Below are positions 9,544 through 19,582 of a stretch of 64,000 nt of DNA, one piece after another. The first letter of the stretch is position 1. Every line of letters starts with the position of its first letter. Both the position numbers and the translations under genes were made by a program. The notes under the pieces are model-generated. The model was given only the letters and a program-made list of their open reading frames with translations. It ran no database searches and was not told the origin of the DNA. Source of the DNA: Spirochaetota bacterium (lineage in GTDB: Bacteria > Spirochaetota > Spirochaetia > CAKZLE01); assembly GCA_051745285.1 (NCBI GenBank), contig JBNJDX010000002.1:46917-110916 (forward strand), given 5' to 3'.

Positions 9544-10917
9544 TTGTTTAGCTTTCAGGGAGTGAAACGATTCCCATTGCCCAAAAAGATAAAACACTTT
9601 GCCTCATTGTTCCACCAGCACGGCTATGAACTCTACGTTGTAGGCGGCAGCGTCCGGGATTATCTGCTGGGTATTCCGGTGACTGACTATGATTTTTGCT
9701 CTGATGCCCGGCCCGAAGAGGTAAAAGCTCTCTTTCGCTCAGTCATCCCGACAGGAATTGAACATGGAACGGTCACCGTACTGTTCGAGGGTGAACAGTT
9801 TGAGGTAACAACCTTTCGTACCGAGGCGGGGTACAGTGATTCCCGCCACCCAGATGAGGTAGCTTATGTTTCCAGTTTGGCAGAGGATCTGAGTCGGAGA
9901 GACTTCACGATAAATGCCCTGGCTGCAGATACAGCTACCGGAGAGATTGTAGACCTTCATGAGGGTTGGAAAGATCTCCAATCCCGCCGGATTCGTGCCA
10001 TAGGGGAACCCAGGGAACGGTTTACTGAAGACAGTCTGCGCATCCTGCGCGGCTACCGCTTTTTATCCTCTCTTGAGTGCACATTTGAAGCTGAAACTCG
10101 GGAGGCTGCCCGGGAGCTTGCCCCTGCTATTACGAAGGTATCAGGTGAGCGTATCCGTGACGAATTAGAGAAAATCATTGCAGCTAAAAAACCTTCCCTT
10201 GCCTTTTTCCCGATGTACCATGACGGTGTGCTAGCCCATATCCTGCCAGAACTGACAGATTGCGCGGGAGTCGGCCAAAAGGGTTCTCAGGGTCTTGATG
10301 TGACTACTCACTCGATTCTCGCCTGCGATGGGGCCCCCAGGGATAACCGACGGGTTCGATGGGCTGCCCTGCTGCACGATATCGGAAAAAGCCAGACAGA
10401 ACACACCACTGAAACCGGTGATATCGCCTTCCACCGCCATGAGTTTGTCTCTGCACAGTTAGCCGAAAAGGCTTTAAGTCGTTTAAAGTTTTCAAATCGG
10501 GACAAGCACCACATCGTCCATCTCATCACACATCACATGTTCAACTACACCCCGGAGTGGAGCGATGCGGCCGTTCGCCGCTTTATCGCCCGGGTAGGCA
10601 GTGAATATGTTCAAGATCTGGTACAGCTGCGATTTGCAGATGCCTACGGAACCGAGGGGCGTTCCCCGGACCCACGGATTATGAATGCGTTCATTGACCG
10701 GGTTTCTGCTGTCCTCCAGCAGGAGCATGTACTGACTATTCAGGATCTTGCTGTAAACGGAAACGATCTGATGGCAGCCGGCATCCCTCAGGGAAGGGAA
10801 ATCGGAGTGGTCCTCAGTGAGCTACTGGAGACAGTTCTCGATGACCCCACGCAGAATACAAAAGAGCAGTTGTTACGTATTGCGAAAGAGATTTATCAGC
10901 AGCGCATACAGGCTTAG
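9544..10917 (+). CDS. cca: CCA-adding tRNA nucleotidyltransferase / poly(A) polymerase family with HD domain
   Basis: YVVGGSVRDYLLG...DYDF nucleotidyltransferase head. C-terminal HD domain (LLHDIGK...HH). Start uncertain: TTG at 9544 or GTG at 9562, no upstream in-frame ATG. Confidence 0.8.
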   Translation: MFSFQGVKRFPLPKKIKHFASLFHQHGYELYVVGGSVRDYLLGIPVTDYDFCSDARPEEVKALFRSVIPTGIEHGTVTVLFEGEQFEVTTFRTEAGYSDSRHPDEVAYVSSLAEDLSRRDFTINALAADTATGEIVDLHEGWKDLQSRRIRAIGEPRERFTEDSLRILRGYRFLSSLECTFEAETREAARELAPAITKVSGERIRDELEKIIAAKKPSLAFFPMYHDGVLAHILPELTDCAGVGQKGSQGLDVTTHSILACDGAPRDNRRVRWAALLHDIGKSQTEHTTETGDIAFHRHEFVSAQLAEKALSRLKFSNRDKHHIVHLITHHMFNYTPEWSDAAVRRFIARVGSEYVQDLVQLRFADAYGTEGRSPDPRIMNAFIDRVSAVLQQEHVLTIQDLAVNGNDLMAAGIPQGREIGVVLSELLETVLDDPTQNTKEQLLRIAKEIYQQRIQA

Positions 10918-11681
10918 CTCTCATCCTGGTCAGCATCGCCGCTGAGTTCACGAAAGGCAATTCCCGCAGCTTCCTGCTCTGCTTCCTTTTTGTTTTTTCC
11001 GGAAGCAGGACCGAACTGCTTATTCCGAATGGTGACACTCACCCAGAAGACTTTATCATGGTCAGGGCCGGTCCGTTTTGTCACGGTGTATTTCGGGTAG
11101 GTGCGAAACTGTTTTTGAGCATGTTCCTGCAGCAGAGTTTTATAATCTTTTTTGTGGCGATTTTCTATCACCTTGTCGATTTCCGGCACGAGATAGGCAA
11201 GGATAAATTGCTGTGCATCCTTAAAGCCCGAATCCAGATAATAGGCGCCGAAAATGGCCTCCATGCAGTCGGCAAGAATAGCTTTTTTGCTCCTGCCTCC
11301 GGAGTATTCCTCGCCCTTCCCAATGAGAATGAAGTTGTCGACCTTTAATCGTTTTGCAATGTCGGCCAGACTGTCTTCACTGACAACAAATGACTTTATG
11401 CGGGCAAAATCACCTTCGGCCATCGTCTCGGTGTAGTTTCGATACAAGTACTCACTCACGACCAAACCGAGCACGCTGTCTCCGAGGAACTCTAACTTTT
11501 CATTATTATCTACATCAAGGGACTGTTCGTTTGCATACGAACGGTGAGAAAAAGCCAAGTTCAGAAGATCGAGCCTTCTGAACTTGATTTCAGCCTGCTT
11601 CTCAAAGAGCAGGAGTTCTCGTTTTCGCTCCTGAGTAACTTTCGGTGCCTTATAGGTAAGCGAATCTTGATTGAAAGCCAT
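10914..11681 (-). CDS. rnc: ribonuclease III
   Basis: 255 aa. RNase III signature NEKLEFLGDSVLGLVVSEYL. C-terminal dsRBD-like region. Confidence 0.9.
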   Translation of the reverse strand: MAFNQDSLTYKAPKVTQERKRELLLFEKQAEIKFRRLDLLNLAFSHRSYANEQSLDVDNNEKLEFLGDSVLGLVVSEYLYRNYTETMAEGDFARIKSFVVSEDSLADIAKRLKVDNFILIGKGEEYSGGRSKKAILADCMEAIFGAYYLDSGFKDAQQFILAYLVPEIDKVIENRHKKDYKTLLQEHAQKQFRTYPKYTVTKRTGPDHDKVFWVSVTIRNKQFGPASGKNKKEAEQEAAGIAFRELSGDADQDES

Positions 11682-11694
11682 AGGATTGTTTCAA

Positions 11695-11928
11695 TTAGAC
11701 CTGAGTTTTCAAGTACTCAACAGCATCCTTCACAGTTTCAAACTCGTTTGCCTTCTCATCAGGAATAGTTATCCCCAGTTCTTCTTCAATGGCGTAAACA
11801 AGTTCATACGTGTCGAGGCTATCAGCCCCCAGATCCTTTCTGAAAGAAGACTCAAGGGTTATTTTATCTTCTTCAATCTCCAACTTTTCTGCAATAAGTG
11901 ATTTCATCTTAGCAAACAAATCATCCAT
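11695..11928 (-). CDS. acpP: acyl carrier protein
   Basis: 77 aa. Phosphopantetheine attachment motif DLGADSLD. RBS AAGGAGA upstream. Confidence 0.9.
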   Translation of the reverse strand: MDDLFAKMKSLIAEKLEIEEDKITLESSFRKDLGADSLDTYELVYAIEEELGITIPDEKANEFETVKDAVEYLKTQV

Positions 11929-11948
11929 AACGTTCTCCTTAAGGTATG

Positions 11949-12137
11949 TTAACCAATATCTTCAAGGTCAAGAACCTGCTTACCGCGATAGAACCCACAT
12001 TTGGGACATACTCGGTGAGGTAAGACCTTATTACCGCAAGTGCCGCACTCAACCAACTGTGGGGCCACAAGCTTCATATTTATGGATTTTCTTGTTCTTG
12101 TTCTCTTCTTCGAAGTCTTATATTTAGGTACTGCCAT
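11949..12137 (-). CDS. rpmF: 50S ribosomal protein L32
   Basis: 62 aa. MAVPKYKTSKKRTRTR...CGTCG...CPKCG is L32-like with a zinc ribbon. Confidence 0.85.
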   Translation of the reverse strand: MAVPKYKTSKKRTRTRKSINMKLVAPQLVECGTCGNKVLPHRVCPKCGFYRGKQVLDLEDIG

Positions 12138-12179
12138 TTCTCTTTACCTCTTTGCCATGATCAGTCAGGAGACCTTACC

Positions 12180-12677
12180 TTAATTGTCTCTGCTTGTCAA
12201 TATATTCAGTTTATCTCGTAATTTTTCTGCTACAATCTCTGGAACCATGCTTCGTATCTCGGCTCCATAGGTTGCCATCTCCTTGATAGCCGATGCCCGA
12301 AGCACAAAGTATTTCGGGTCTGTCGGTAGAAAAACCACCTCAAGCTCACTATACAACTGTTTATTCGTCATTGCCAATTCAAATTCATACTCAAAATCAG
12401 CCAGGGCCCGAACGCCCCGTATCATAACCGGGATTCCCTTCTCGCGAGCAAAATCAACGATGAGGCGGTCCCATGAAACCACGGTAATATTCGGAATATC
12501 ACTAAGCAGTTGTTTCATGATATCCAATCGTTCCTGCTCTGAGAACAGATACTGTTTTGTTTTATTGACAGCCACAATAACATAGAGCTGGTCCACAATC
12601 TTGGCAGCCCGCCGTATCAAATTAAGATGTCCGTTCGTCGGGGGATCAAAGCTCCCGGGAAGCATTGCGTGTTTCAT
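12180..12677 (-). CDS. coaD: phosphopantetheine adenylyltransferase
   Basis: 165 aa. GSFDPPTNGH nucleotidyltransferase motif. Confidence 0.9.
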   Translation of the reverse strand: MKHAMLPGSFDPPTNGHLNLIRRAAKIVDQLYVIVAVNKTKQYLFSEQERLDIMKQLLSDIPNITVVSWDRLIVDFAREKGIPVMIRGVRALADFEYEFELAMTNKQLYSELEVVFLPTDPKYFVLRASAIKEMATYGAEIRSMVPEIVAEKLRDKLNILTSRDN

Positions 12678-12683
12678 CTGCGA

Positions 12684-13112
12684 TCAGTCCTTAGTGGATA
12701 TCTGGACAGCAGCACCGCTGCGTTCGGAGACCAGCTGCTTTACCTGCTCGTTGTGATCCTTATTCTCTACCGGAATCCGTTTGATCACAGTAAATCCGCC
12801 GGTAAAATTCTTATTACTGTACTCTACCACGGCGAAATTGCCGTTACCAATATAACTTACCTTCTGCCCTTCCTTGAGCTCTTCTTCTTCCCGCAACTGC
12901 TTGAGAATGCAATCAAAGTGCGAGATTTGATCCTTTTCAGGACCACCTATCGCCTGTGATATACTGTCAATCGGGCGACCGCATATTGTACAGTACACCG
13001 GAGGGCCTGAATTCTGTGCCTGCTGAGACCGGCCCTTTCTGTTGCCGCGGCGTGAGTCGCGCGATTTTTGCTGAGCATCAGATCTGTTTCGGTCGCCTCG
13101 TTCCTGTTCCAT
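12684..13112 (-). CDS. hypothetical small basic protein with C2HC-like zinc-finger motif
   Basis: Arg/Lys/Gln-rich N-terminal tail followed by CTICG...HFDC. The listed ORF begins at GTG 13118; an in-frame ATG at 13112 is used here. Confidence 0.4.
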   Translation of the reverse strand: MEQERGDRNRSDAQQKSRDSRRGNRKGRSQQAQNSGPPVYCTICGRPIDSISQAIGGPEKDQISHFDCILKQLREEEELKEGQKVSYIGNGNFAVVEYSNKNFTGGFTVIKRIPVENKDHNEQVKQLVSERSGAAVQISTKD

Positions 13113-13185
13113 AAACACCTTGTTACCATGACCATATTAGCGCAAAACACCAACCCATTCAACAAATTTCAAATGTGAAGTGTTT

Positions 13186-13221
13186 AAAAAAAAGAGCTGT
13201 ATGTTGTTTGACCGATACAGC
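13186..13221 (-). terminator. rho-independent terminator downstream of rplS (end of the ffh...rplS operon)
   Basis: Inverted repeat GCTGTAT / ATACAGC (13196-13202 and 13215-13221). The minus-strand reading shows a run of 8 T (A8 on the plus strand at 13186-13193) immediately 3' of the hairpin. Confidence 0.5.
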
Positions 13222-13256
13222 CCTTTGCGCAGTGACAGACACGTAGCCTGCCTGTG

Positions 13257-13607
13257 CTACTTTCGTCGAATAAGCTCCGGTACTTTGGCAGCCTTACCAA
13301 CTCTGTCCCTGATATAGTAGAGTTTGGCCCTTCGTACGCGGCCTCTACGGACAAGATCAATGTGGTCTATCCGGGGGGAATGCAGAGGAAAAATTCTCTC
13401 AACCCCAACCCCATAGGACATCTTGCGGACAGTGAATGTTTTTCGAATACCGGAGTTGTTCTTAGCGATGACGAGCCCTTCAAAGATCTGGATTCGCTCA
13501 GTTTGACCTTCAACGATCTTAAAAAAGACTTTTATCGTATCACCAATGCCAAAGTTCTCAGCATTCTCTTTCATCTGTTCTGCTTCTATCGCTCGTATTA
13601 CATCCAT
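13257..13607 (-). CDS. rplS: 50S ribosomal protein L19
   Basis: 116 aa. L19 family sequence ([25 protein letters not shown]...KLYYIRDR). RBS GAAGGGGA upstream. Confidence 0.9.
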   Translation of the reverse strand: MDVIRAIEAEQMKENAENFGIGDTIKVFFKIVEGQTERIQIFEGLVIAKNNSGIRKTFTVRKMSYGVGVERIFPLHSPRIDHIDLVRRGRVRRAKLYYIRDRVGKAAKVPELIRRK

Positions 13608-13625
13608 CGTTTATTCCCCTTCGGA

Positions 13626-14351
13626 TTATTTCTCTTCCTGCTGCAACGTATCAATCAACTGCTGCAGCTCTGGATTTTCTTTAGCCTGATCTACCAGATC
13701 CGGTCGATTTTTCAGCGTTTTGCGGATTCTCTGTACCAGACGCCACTGTTCAACCTGGGCATGATGCCCGGACAATAGTACATCAGGTACCGAAATTCCG
13801 CAATACTCAGCAGGCCGCGTATACTGAGGATATTCCAGAAGTCCGTCTGAAAAACTCTCCTCAACAAGTGACTCTTTGCTGATCACCCCGTCAATTAGTC
13901 TGTACACCGCATCAATGATCACCAGAGCCGCGATTTCACCGGAAGAAATCACGTAATCACCAATGCTAATTTCATCGTCAACATACAGATCAATGATTCT
14001 TTGGTCAATACCCTCATATCTGCCGCAGACAATTACAAGTTCGGACTCCCCGGCAAGTTCCTGAGCATACCGTTGGGTAAACGGTTTGCCGGTCGGAGTG
14101 GGAAAGACTACCCGTTTGTTCTTTCCGCCGACCGCCTCAAGGGCTCGGCCTAGCGGTTCGGGCTTCAAGATCATCCCTGCCCCGCCACCGTAGGGAGCAT
14201 CGTCGCAGGTGCGGTGCCGGTCGAAGGCATAATCACGAATCTGAACCAGGTCATATTCGACATTGCCTCGCTCGACACTGCGCGCCATGATGGAATCTTG
14301 AAAGAAACCCCGTATAATCTCCGGAAAAAGCGTAACTACGCTGAATTTCAT
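13626..14351 (-). CDS. trmD: tRNA (guanine37-N1)-methyltransferase
   Basis: 241 aa. SPOUT knot region (APYGGGAGMILKPEP; IVCGRYEGIDQRI). Confidence 0.9.
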   Translation of the reverse strand: MKFSVVTLFPEIIRGFFQDSIMARSVERGNVEYDLVQIRDYAFDRHRTCDDAPYGGGAGMILKPEPLGRALEAVGGKNKRVVFPTPTGKPFTQRYAQELAGESELVIVCGRYEGIDQRIIDLYVDDEISIGDYVISSGEIAALVIIDAVYRLIDGVISKESLVEESFSDGLLEYPQYTRPAEYCGISVPDVLLSGHHAQVEQWRLVQRIRKTLKNRPDLVDQAKENPELQQLIDTLQQEEK

Positions 14352-14857
14352 TCAATAATCCATCTGTTGCGCAGTACGATGTGCTTCTGCTGCACATCCA
14401 CTGACTCTATGTAGACATCCATAAAGGGAAGATAGACCAACTGACCAGAATCACGTTTTTTGATCTCCAGCAGCTCAGCCTGAGCACCCTCAATCGCTGA
14501 GATCACCTCACCCTGCTCCTCCTGATCGTAAAAGACCAGACAGCCAATGAGATCGGCGGTGTAGTACTCCTGCTCGGCTAGTGCAGCGGCATCTTCCCTC
14601 TTAATCCAGATATGCCAACCGTTGTATTGCTTACCCGCCTCCGGGGTGTCGATTCCCTTAAGCTTGATAAGCGCGTCTTCCCCCTGACGGGCAGTTTGCT
14701 CGACATCAAAGGGGATTTCTCTAGTTCCCTTTCGCAGATAGAGCACCTTCTGGGTAAGAAAGTGCTCCACATCGTCCGAAAACACCTTAACTTTTAAGTA
14801 GCCCTGCACTCCATGTGTTGTACGGACTACTCCGGTTGCAATCTTTTCTGTTCCCAT
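14348..14857 (-). CDS. rimM: 16S rRNA processing protein RimM
   Basis: 169 aa. RimM-like N-terminus (GVQGYLKVKVFSDD) and PRC barrel. Conserved position between the KH protein gene and trmD. Confidence 0.85.
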   Translation of the reverse strand: MGTEKIATGVVRTTHGVQGYLKVKVFSDDVEHFLTQKVLYLRKGTREIPFDVEQTARQGEDALIKLKGIDTPEAGKQYNGWHIWIKREDAAALAEQEYYTADLIGCLVFYDQEEQGEVISAIEGAQAELLEIKKRDSGQLVYLPFMDVYIESVDVQQKHIVLRNRWIIE

Positions 14858-14862
14858 TGCAG

Positions 14863-15096
14863 TTAATCCAAAATCTCCAGCACCACGCGTTTCCCGGTCT
14901 TCGTCGACGAGGCACTCAGTATGGTACGGACTGCTTTTGCAATGCGTCCGTGCTTACCAATCACTTTGCCAATATCGTCCGGGGAAACTCGCAATTCAAG
15001 AATTGTCGATTTTTCGCCCTCAACAATCTGTACTGAAACACCTTCTGGATCATCAACAAGGGATTTTGCGATATACTCAACAAGATCCTTTTCCAT
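14863..15096 (-). CDS. KH-domain RNA-binding protein (YlqC/UPF0109 type)
   Basis: 77 aa. KH GxxG loop (VIGKHGRIAKA). Conserved slot between rpsP and rimM. Confidence 0.8.
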   Translation of the reverse strand: MEKDLVEYIAKSLVDDPEGVSVQIVEGEKSTILELRVSPDDIGKVIGKHGRIAKAVRTILSASSTKTGKRVVLEILD

Positions 15097-15107
15097 GTGT
15101 GATGCTC

Positions 15108-15380
15108 CTATGATTGTGAGGTGCTGCCTCTCTGAAGAAAAATATTGTGTTTATTCAAAATTCGCTTAACCGTTAAAGTCGGTTGCGCACCCTTGTCCAG
15201 CCAGCCTTTGATTTTCTCTTCGTCCAACCGGGCCTGACTGCCCTCTTTCTCCATAGGATGGTACAAACCCACCTCTTCTATGGTTCTACTGTCACGCGGA
15301 GCTCTTGAATCCATTACCACAATTCGATAGTACGGTCTTCTCTTCGTCCCGAATCGCTTCAACCTAATTTTAACACTCAC
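15108..15380 (-). CDS. rpsP: 30S ribosomal protein S16
   Basis: 90 aa. [22 protein letters not shown] is S16-like. GTG start at 15380 with AGGAGGA about 6 nt upstream. Confidence 0.9.
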   Translation of the reverse strand: MSVKIRLKRFGTKRRPYYRIVVMDSRAPRDSRTIEEVGLYHPMEKEGSQARLDEEKIKGWLDKGAQPTLTVKRILNKHNIFLQRGSTSQS

Positions 15381-15407
15381 TCATATCCTCCTACTTCAAC
15401 TCGAACG

Positions 15408-16736
15408 TTACATGCCCATCTGTTTGAGCATCTGAGCCTGGTATTTCTTATTTTTTGCGACTTTTCTCATGGTCTGCCGCATTTTATCAAATTTCTTCAA
15501 CAGCCTGTTCACATCATATACAGCTGTTCCACTTCCGGCCGCAATTCTTCTGCGCCGACCGGGACCAATTATCCGAAAATTGTGCCGTTCAACCAGCGTC
15601 ATTGACTGAATAATTGCCTGCTCACGCTTCATCTCTTCCTGGTTGATATCGTCTTCACTGATATTACCTTTAGCCCCAGGAATCATATCAACAATGGACT
15701 CAAGTGGCCCCATTTTTGTCATCCGCTGCATCTGCTCCAGATAGTCCTGCAAATCAAAGGTTGCAGAGGCAATCTTTTTCTGCAGCTTTTGGGCATCGGC
15801 CTCTTCTATAGACTCCTGTGCCTTCTCAACCAGAGAGACAACATCCCCCATCCCCAGGATACGGGAGGCTATCCGCTCGGGATAGAAGGGATCAAGATCT
15901 TCAACCCGTTCACCTACACCGATATACTTGATCGGCTTGCCGGTGATACTGCGGATTGACAGAGCAGCTCCTCCGCGGGTGTCTGAGTCAAACTTTGTCA
16001 GCACCACTCCGGATATGCCAACCTTTTGGTCAAACTCCTTGGCAATAGTCACCGCATTCTGACCGGTCATTGAGTCTGCTACAAACAGCGTTTCATCCGG
16101 ATTTGCAGCTTTATGGATGCGATGTATTTCATCCATCAGCTGTTCGTCAAGATGCATCCGTCCGGATGTATCGACTATGACTGTATCAAACTGTTCGCGC
16201 TTTGCCCGGGCCAGTCCTTTTTTCACCACAGTAACCGGATCAGACTCACGCTCTGAAAACACCGGGACTGAAATACTATCCCCGAGAACCTCGAGCTGGT
16301 CAATAGCTGCCGGACGGACCATATCAGCAGCGACCAGAAGCGGACGCCTTCCCTCTTTCTTCATCCGGAAGGCTAGCTTGGCAGCTGTGGTGGTCTTACC
16401 AGAGCCCTGCAATCCCATCATCAGGATCACAGACTGCGTGTCAGGACCCTTGAGCAGCAGTTCCTTGCGCTCATCGCCGAGCAGCTGTACGATCCTGTCA
16501 TGCACGATCTTAACAAACTGCTGTCCGGGATGGACTGCCTTGAGGACCTTCTCACCCTTAGCTTCTTCAATGGTACGGTTGATGAACCGACGGACAACCC
16601 GAAGATTGACATCAGCCTCCAGCAGGGCAAGCTTAATCTCTTCTACAGCGTCTTCTATATTTTTTTCTGATATCGATGCCTTACCCGAAAACTGGCGTAC
16701 GACATCCGACATTTTATCCGATATTTTTTCAAGCAT
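15408..16736 (-). CDS. ffh: signal recognition particle protein Ffh
   Basis: 442 aa. NG domain with GLQGSGKTTT and DTSGR. M domain (methionine-rich C-terminus). Confidence 0.95.
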   Translation of the reverse strand: MLEKISDKMSDVVRQFSGKASISEKNIEDAVEEIKLALLEADVNLRVVRRFINRTIEEAKGEKVLKAVHPGQQFVKIVHDRIVQLLGDERKELLLKGPDTQSVILMMGLQGSGKTTTAAKLAFRMKKEGRRPLLVAADMVRPAAIDQLEVLGDSISVPVFSERESDPVTVVKKGLARAKREQFDTVIVDTSGRMHLDEQLMDEIHRIHKAANPDETLFVADSMTGQNAVTIAKEFDQKVGISGVVLTKFDSDTRGGAALSIRSITGKPIKYIGVGERVEDLDPFYPERIASRILGMGDVVSLVEKAQESIEEADAQKLQKKIASATFDLQDYLEQMQRMTKMGPLESIVDMIPGAKGNISEDDINQEEMKREQAIIQSMTLVERHNFRIIGPGRRRRIAAGSGTAVYDVNRLLKKFDKMRQTMRKVAKNKKYQAQMLKQMGM

Positions 16737-16786
16737 AACGTTCCCACTTCACCGTAAGGACTTATAACGCAAAAACAGGCTGCATG

Positions 16787-19582
16787 TCAACCGTGATTGG
16801 CAGCAGCAACATCCTCTGTCAGCCGGTAGGAAACGACCTTGGAGACTCCTGCTTCCTGCATAGTCACTCCAAGCATCGCCCCTGAGCCAAGTACGGTTTT
16901 TTTGTTGTGTGTGATGATGATAAACTGCGACTTTTCGCTGAATTCACGCAGCATATCAAGGAAATAGCCGATATTGGCATCATCAAGGGCAGCATCAATT
17001 TCATCGAGAATACAAAAAGGAGCCGGCTTGACTAGATAGGTAGCAAACAGCAGCGCTACGGCTGTCATTGAACGCTCGCCACCGGAGAGCAGCGAGATCT
17101 TCTCAAGTTTTTTACCGGGAGGCTGGGCGAATATGTCAATACCGGTATTCAGTACGTCATTGGGATCAACCAGCCGCAGTTCTGCCCTTCCCCCGCCGAA
17201 CAGGCGGCGGAACATCGCATGAAAATTCTTTTTGATTTTCGCATAGCTTTCTTCAAAGAGAACCTGTGACCGGGCGGTAATCTCCTGGGTTACTGTCTGG
17301 AGATCCTCCTTAGCCTGTTCGAGATCCCGAAGCTGTTTGTGGAGAAACTCATAGCGCTCTTTCACCTCGGAAAACTCCTCTGCTGCCATGTGATTTACAT
17401 AACCGAGGGAGGCGACCTGCTCCTTAAGATGCTTAAGCTGCCTGCGGAGAGCGTCGTGGTCCAAAGAGCTTTCCACAGTACGCCCCTCATACTCATGCAG
17501 GCTTTTGGCGTAATCTTCCTCAAAGGTAGAATAGATATACTCCATCTCCTCCTGGAGGGAAGCTATCTCAGCTTTTGCCCGTTCAAGCCCCTGGGAGGCC
17601 TCACTGCGTGCCTGCTGCTTGCTTTGCAGTTCAGAGCGGAGTGTTGCCAACGTGCTGCTATGAGAGTCAAGTTCTGTACCAATGGCGGTGTTCCGCGTTT
17701 TCAACTCGTGCTCTTCCTGAGTTTTTACCTCAGTAGTCTCCTGCAGCACCCTGATCTTTTCCTGCGTCTCGGCTTGCTTATGTTCACTCTCTTTGAGCAC
17801 CTTCCGCTCACTTTCGAGCTCCTCGGCATCTTCTTGCTCCTTGCGTCTGAGTTCCTGCAGTTCTCGCGAGAGGTTTTCAAGACGATCCTTCTGCCGCACT
17901 TCAGCCAATTCTGCTTCCTGATAGGTCTTTCGGTATTCAGTCAGGCGTTTTTCTAACTGCTGTTTCTCCTCTTTTAATTGCGTTATGTGCTGCTTTACCT
18001 CTGCCTGGCGTTCATAGAGCTTCTCAATCTGGGTATCGATGTCACGTTTTTTTGTCATGATACCAGCTGGAGAGAGAAAATCATCAATAAACCGCGGCAG
18101 CATCCCAATATATTCTGAGACCCGTTCATTTAGACTGTTTAATTCCTGCTCAATGGTCTCGAAATCGTTCAGGGCCCCTTTGAGCAGTTCTTTTCGGTGC
18201 CTGCTTCCAATTTTTGCAGCATCCTGCAGGAGGGCTGCTCTTCCCCGTGCGGTTACCTCCAGACTCTCAAGCCGATGGATGATCTCCTTCTCAACGTTAC
18301 TGCGTTCTCCAGCAGAATATCCGCTGGAGATCAGCTGAGAATCAAGTTCCTTTGCAATGGATTCGGTTATCTCCTGCAGACGGCGGCCAAGCTCCACCTG
18401 CCGAGAATCAATCTGTGCTAATTCCTGTTCTGCTGCAGTGTGTTCACCAGTATTCCCCTCAATGCGCTCCTCTGAGGCCTGAATTGTCTGGCCGCAGATG
18501 TGACGGTCATTCTGGGTCTGCTCATACTCCTTCTGCGTCTGGTCATAGAGCTCTCGTTTTGACTCAATATCACGGCGGATCTTGTCAATGCGCTGTGAAA
18601 TGAGGTCTATTCGGTGAGTGCTGCTCTCTGCAGCCTGCTGAAAATCGGCTACCCGTTCTGTTAACAATTCGAGCTGGTTCTTCCGGCTTGTTTTCGATTC
18701 ATCCATCCGGTGAAGCTGATTCTGGACTTCAATGCGTTCTTTTGATAAGCGGTTCATTTGTTCAAGTTCGCTATCAATCTGCTGCTGCAGGTGTGTCTCT
18801 TGTTCTGTGAGTGATGCAATCTGGCTTTGGGCCTCTGAGATAGCCTTCTGCTTGTTCTCAATGCGCTGTTTCAGAGTCTGGACCCTGACAAGCTGCAGTT
18901 CAACTTCCAGCCGAAAAACCTCCTGTTCAAGTTCCTGGTACCTTTTGGCCTTTTCAGCTTGCCCACGGCGAGTATCATAGGTCTGTTTTACCTCTTTTAA
19001 GATTCCCTGCACCCTGGTGATGTGTTCATCTGTTCTGACAAGTTTGCGCTCGGCTTCCTGCTGGCGCTGCTTGAAACGGGTGATTCCGGCGGCCTCCTCG
19101 AAAATATACCGGCGGTCCTCTGGCCGCTGTGAAAGAATCTGGTCTATTTTGCCCTGCTCTAGGATCGAATAAGCTGTCTTACCCACTCCGGTATCATAGA
19201 AGAGTTCCTTAACCTCTTTGAGGCGCACAGGAGCATTGTTGATAAAGTACTCACTCTCTCCGGAGCGGTACATCCTGCGCTTTATGGCGATTTCGGAGAC
19301 ATCCAACGGGAGATAGCCCTGCTCATTTGAAATAACGAGAATAACCTCGGAGACCTGCAGTTTCTTTCGTGACTGGGTCCCGTTAAAGATGACATCTTCC
19401 ATCTTTCCTGCACGCAGGGTCTTAATCGATTGCTCACCAAGCACCCATTTGATTGCGTCAACGATATTACTCTTGCCACATCCATTGGGACCTAACAGAG
19501 AGGTGATTCCTGGGGAAAATTCCAGTTTGCTGCGGTCTGCAAACGATTTGAATCCGAACAGCTCAATACTCTTTAAAACCAC
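16787..19582 (-). CDS. smc: SMC-family chromosome segregation ATPase (compact, no recognisable hinge)
   Basis: 931 aa. N-terminal Walker A (LLGPNGCGKSNIVDAIKWVLGEQS). Long coiled-coil. C-terminal signature LSGGERSMTAVALLFA and Walker B (CILDEIDAALD). GTG start at 19582. Confidence 0.8.
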   Translation of the reverse strand: MVLKSIELFGFKSFADRSKLEFSPGITSLLGPNGCGKSNIVDAIKWVLGEQSIKTLRAGKMEDVIFNGTQSRKKLQVSEVILVISNEQGYLPLDVSEIAIKRRMYRSGESEYFINNAPVRLKEVKELFYDTGVGKTAYSILEQGKIDQILSQRPEDRRYIFEEAAGITRFKQRQQEAERKLVRTDEHITRVQGILKEVKQTYDTRRGQAEKAKRYQELEQEVFRLEVELQLVRVQTLKQRIENKQKAISEAQSQIASLTEQETHLQQQIDSELEQMNRLSKERIEVQNQLHRMDESKTSRKNQLELLTERVADFQQAAESSTHRIDLISQRIDKIRRDIESKRELYDQTQKEYEQTQNDRHICGQTIQASEERIEGNTGEHTAAEQELAQIDSRQVELGRRLQEITESIAKELDSQLISSGYSAGERSNVEKEIIHRLESLEVTARGRAALLQDAAKIGSRHRKELLKGALNDFETIEQELNSLNERVSEYIGMLPRFIDDFLSPAGIMTKKRDIDTQIEKLYERQAEVKQHITQLKEEKQQLEKRLTEYRKTYQEAELAEVRQKDRLENLSRELQELRRKEQEDAEELESERKVLKESEHKQAETQEKIRVLQETTEVKTQEEHELKTRNTAIGTELDSHSSTLATLRSELQSKQQARSEASQGLERAKAEIASLQEEMEYIYSTFEEDYAKSLHEYEGRTVESSLDHDALRRQLKHLKEQVASLGYVNHMAAEEFSEVKERYEFLHKQLRDLEQAKEDLQTVTQEITARSQVLFEESYAKIKKNFHAMFRRLFGGGRAELRLVDPNDVLNTGIDIFAQPPGKKLEKISLLSGGERSMTAVALLFATYLVKPAPFCILDEIDAALDDANIGYFLDMLREFSEKSQFIIITHNKKTVLGSGAMLGVTMQEAGVSKVVSYRLTEDVAAANHG

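Noticed and set aside
16117-16767. 216-aa Ser/Arg-rich ORF on the plus strand
   Set aside because: It lies entirely antisense to the well-supported ffh gene and has low-complexity composition with no motifs; it is a shadow ORF.
17339-17956. 205-aa Leu/Phe-rich ORF on the plus strand, with other 80-100-aa ORFs within 18039-18980
   Set aside because: They are antisense to the smc coiled-coil region. Coiled-coil genes routinely produce long antisense ORFs.
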